A stretch of 32,000 bases of DNA from Prochlorococcus marinus subsp. pastoris str. CCMP1986 (GTDB taxonomy: Bacteria > Cyanobacteriota > Cyanobacteriia > PCC-6307 > Cyanobiaceae). Positions 30,354 through 32,000 of the stretch are shown piece by piece; the stretch's first letter is position 1, and the number at the start of each line of letters is the position of its first letter. Made by a program: the position numbers and the translations under genes. The notes beneath the pieces were generated by a model. The model searched no databases. It was not told the origin of the DNA and was given only the letters and a program-made list of their open reading frames with translations. The stretch covers positions 780,001 to 812,000 of the forward strand of contig NC_005072.1 in the NCBI RefSeq assembly GCF_000011465.1. The letters run 5' to 3'.

Positions 30354-32000
30354 GTGTTCTTTAAATCAAATTTCTCATATTCAGATTCTAATAAGAGTTA
30401 TTCTGATCTCTTATTAGAATTAGATTCGGGGAATATACAATCTATATATTTCTATCCTAGAAAAAGGGAAATAGATGTTTTGTATAAGAATGGGAACAAA
30501 GAAAAAATACCTATACTTTATAACGACCAACTTATTCTTGAAAAAGCATCAGAAAATAATGTTGACCTAACCATTAATAACAGTCGTAAAGAATCTTCAG
30601 CGGCCAATTCGTTTGCATCAGTGGGCCTTTTTTTGATTTTTATAATAGCCATTGTTTTAATATTGAAAAGTACTTCAAAACTAGCCTCAAAAGCTTTAGG
30701 TTTTGGTAAAAATAAATCAAAATTTGTCACCATTGATGATGTAGAAACACGATTTGATGATGTTGCTGGTGTTCCTGAAGCCGCGGAAGAATTAAAAGAG
30801 GTTATTAAATTTCTTAATGAACCAAAAAAATTTACTGATCTTGGAGCAAAAGTTCCTAAGGGTGTTCTTTTAATTGGTCCTCCTGGAACTGGTAAAACAT
30901 TATTAGCTAAAGCTATTGCAGGTGAGTCCGGTGTTCCTTTTCTCTCTATTGCCGCATCAGAATTTGTTGAACTATTTGTTGGTGTTGGTGCAAGTAGAGT
31001 TAGAGACTTATTTGAAAAAGCAAAAGAAAAGTCTCCTTGCATAATATTTATAGATGAAATTGATTCTATTGGTAGACAAAGAGGTTCGGGGATCGGAGGA
31101 GGTAATGATGAAAGAGAACAAACCCTTAATCAGCTTTTAACAGAATTAGATGGATTTGCAGATAATTCTGGAATAATTGTTATTGCCGCCACAAATAGAC
31201 CAGATATCTTAGATTCAGCTCTTTTAAGACCGGGACGATTCGACAGAAAAATTGAAGTCATGTTGCCTGATCTAGATGGCAGAAAAAAAATACTCTCAGT
31301 TCATTCTTTATCTAAACCTCTTGCAAAAGATGTGGATTTGTCATATTGGGCTACAAGAACAGTAGGTTTTTCTGGCGCTGACTTAGCAAATTTAATGAAT
31401 GAAAGTGCTATACATTGTGCTAGAGAAGATTCTAAATTAATTACTTATTCTCATATAGAAAATGCTTTAGATAAAGTTACTCTTGGTCTTCGTACTTCTA
31501 TTATTTCTTCTCAAAATATGAAAAAGATTATTGCATATAACGAAGTTGGACGTGCCATTGTTTCCGCGGTTAAAAATGGTGTTGATTCAGTAGATAAAAT
31601 AACAATTCTTCCGAGATCTGGATATTTAGGAGGATATACAAAAATTAATCCAGACGAAGATATCGTATCAAGTGGATTAATTTCAAAGAAACTATTGTTA
31701 TCTAAAATTGAAATAGCATTGGCAGGAAGAGCTGCTGAAATAATTGTATACGGTAAAAATGAAATTACTCAATGTTCATTTAATGATATATCTTATGCAA
31801 CAAGCATTATTAGAGAGATGGTAACTAAATATGGATTTTCTATAATAGGACCTCTATCTCTTGAAGATGGAGGAGAAATGTCAATTGGAGATGGTTTTGT
31901 TAGGAATAAATCTACAATAGCTGATAACACTTACTCCAGAATTGATAATGAAATTATAAATATTTCTAAAATTTCTTTAAATAATGCCATAAAAATTATC
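30354..32000 (+). CDS. FtsH-family AAA protein, 3' truncated by the window, with degenerate zinc-protease motif
   Basis: Probable GTG start at 30354, with an in-frame stop just upstream at 30345-30347. Walker [14 protein letters not shown], pore region [19 protein letters not shown], Walker [41 protein letters not shown]. The HExGH position reads NEVGR. The frame is open to 32000. Confidence 0.95.
   Translation, partial: MFFKSNFSYSDSNKSYSDLLLELDSGNIQSIYFYPRKREIDVLYKNGNKEKIPILYNDQLILEKASENNVDLTINNSRKESSAANSFASVGLFLIFIIAIVLILKSTSKLASKALGFGKNKSKFVTIDDVETRFDDVAGVPEAAEELKEVIKFLNEPKKFTDLGAKVPKGVLLIGPPGTGKTLLAKAIAGESGVPFLSIAASEFVELFVGVGASRVRDLFEKAKEKSPCIIFIDEIDSIGRQRGSGIGGGNDEREQTLNQLLTELDGFADNSGIIVIAATNRPDILDSALLRPGRFDRKIEVMLPDLDGRKKILSVHSLSKPLAKDVDLSYWATRTVGFSGADLANLMNESAIHCAREDSKLITYSHIENALDKVTLGLRTSIISSQNMKKIIAYNEVGRAIVSAVKNGVDSVDKITILPRSGYLGGYTKINPDEDIVSSGLISKKLLLSKIEIALAGRAAEIIVYGKNEITQCSFNDISYATSIIREMVTKYGFSIIGPLSLEDGGEMSIGDGFVRNKSTIADNTYSRIDNEIINISKISLNNAIKII

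Noticed and set aside
30518-31042. Minus-strand 174-aa ORF within ftsH
   Set aside because: Antisense shadow of a strongly conserved AAA domain (Walker A/B on the plus strand); no recognisable family on the minus strand.
1-32000. Search for mobile elements, CRISPR arrays, tRNA/rRNA genes or defence/toxin cassettes
   Set aside because: No transposase or integrase ORFs, no regularly spaced direct repeats and no tRNA-like or rRNA-like segments were recognised by eye; nearly all sequence is core coding. A tRNAscan/Infernal run would be needed to exclude small RNAs formally.

Overview
Low-GC cyanobacterial chromosomal segment, most consistent with Prochlorococcus (inferred from gene content, compactness and AT-richness; no database search was run). 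It is densely packed with core genes: carB (5' truncated by the window), DUF6447-like protein, ABC exporter, S4-domain protein, tpiA, folP, chlH, dapB, a membrane protein, a UbiH-type FAD monooxygenase, a DUF2949/DUF3038/DUF4335-like run, mfd, a TerC-family protein, fmt, a TldE/TldD pair, acsF, DUF2996-like, an RNase II/R-family (Zam-like) protein, two half-size GDT1/UPF0016 proteins, a YkgJ-type Cys-cluster protein, psb30/ycf12, a HAD hydrolase, ycf20, rpmF and an FtsH-family AAA protein cut by the window end. I see no mobile element, CRISPR array, rRNA, tRNA or defence island. The two strongest signals are probable loss of catalytic residues in otherwise intact, full-frame members of enzyme families. 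(1) The terminal FtsH homologue has an intact AAA module, but the zinc protease motif HExGH reads NEVGR. (2) The 739-aa RNase II/R-family protein keeps RNA-binding-like ends and the RNB scaffold, but lacks a recognisable Asp cluster and SPIRRY motif. Four genes not fully represented in the supplied ORF track were recovered by reading the sequence: S4 protein, 53-aa acidic-tail membrane protein, psb30 and rpmF. ftsH and the 5' extension of carB were recovered the same way.
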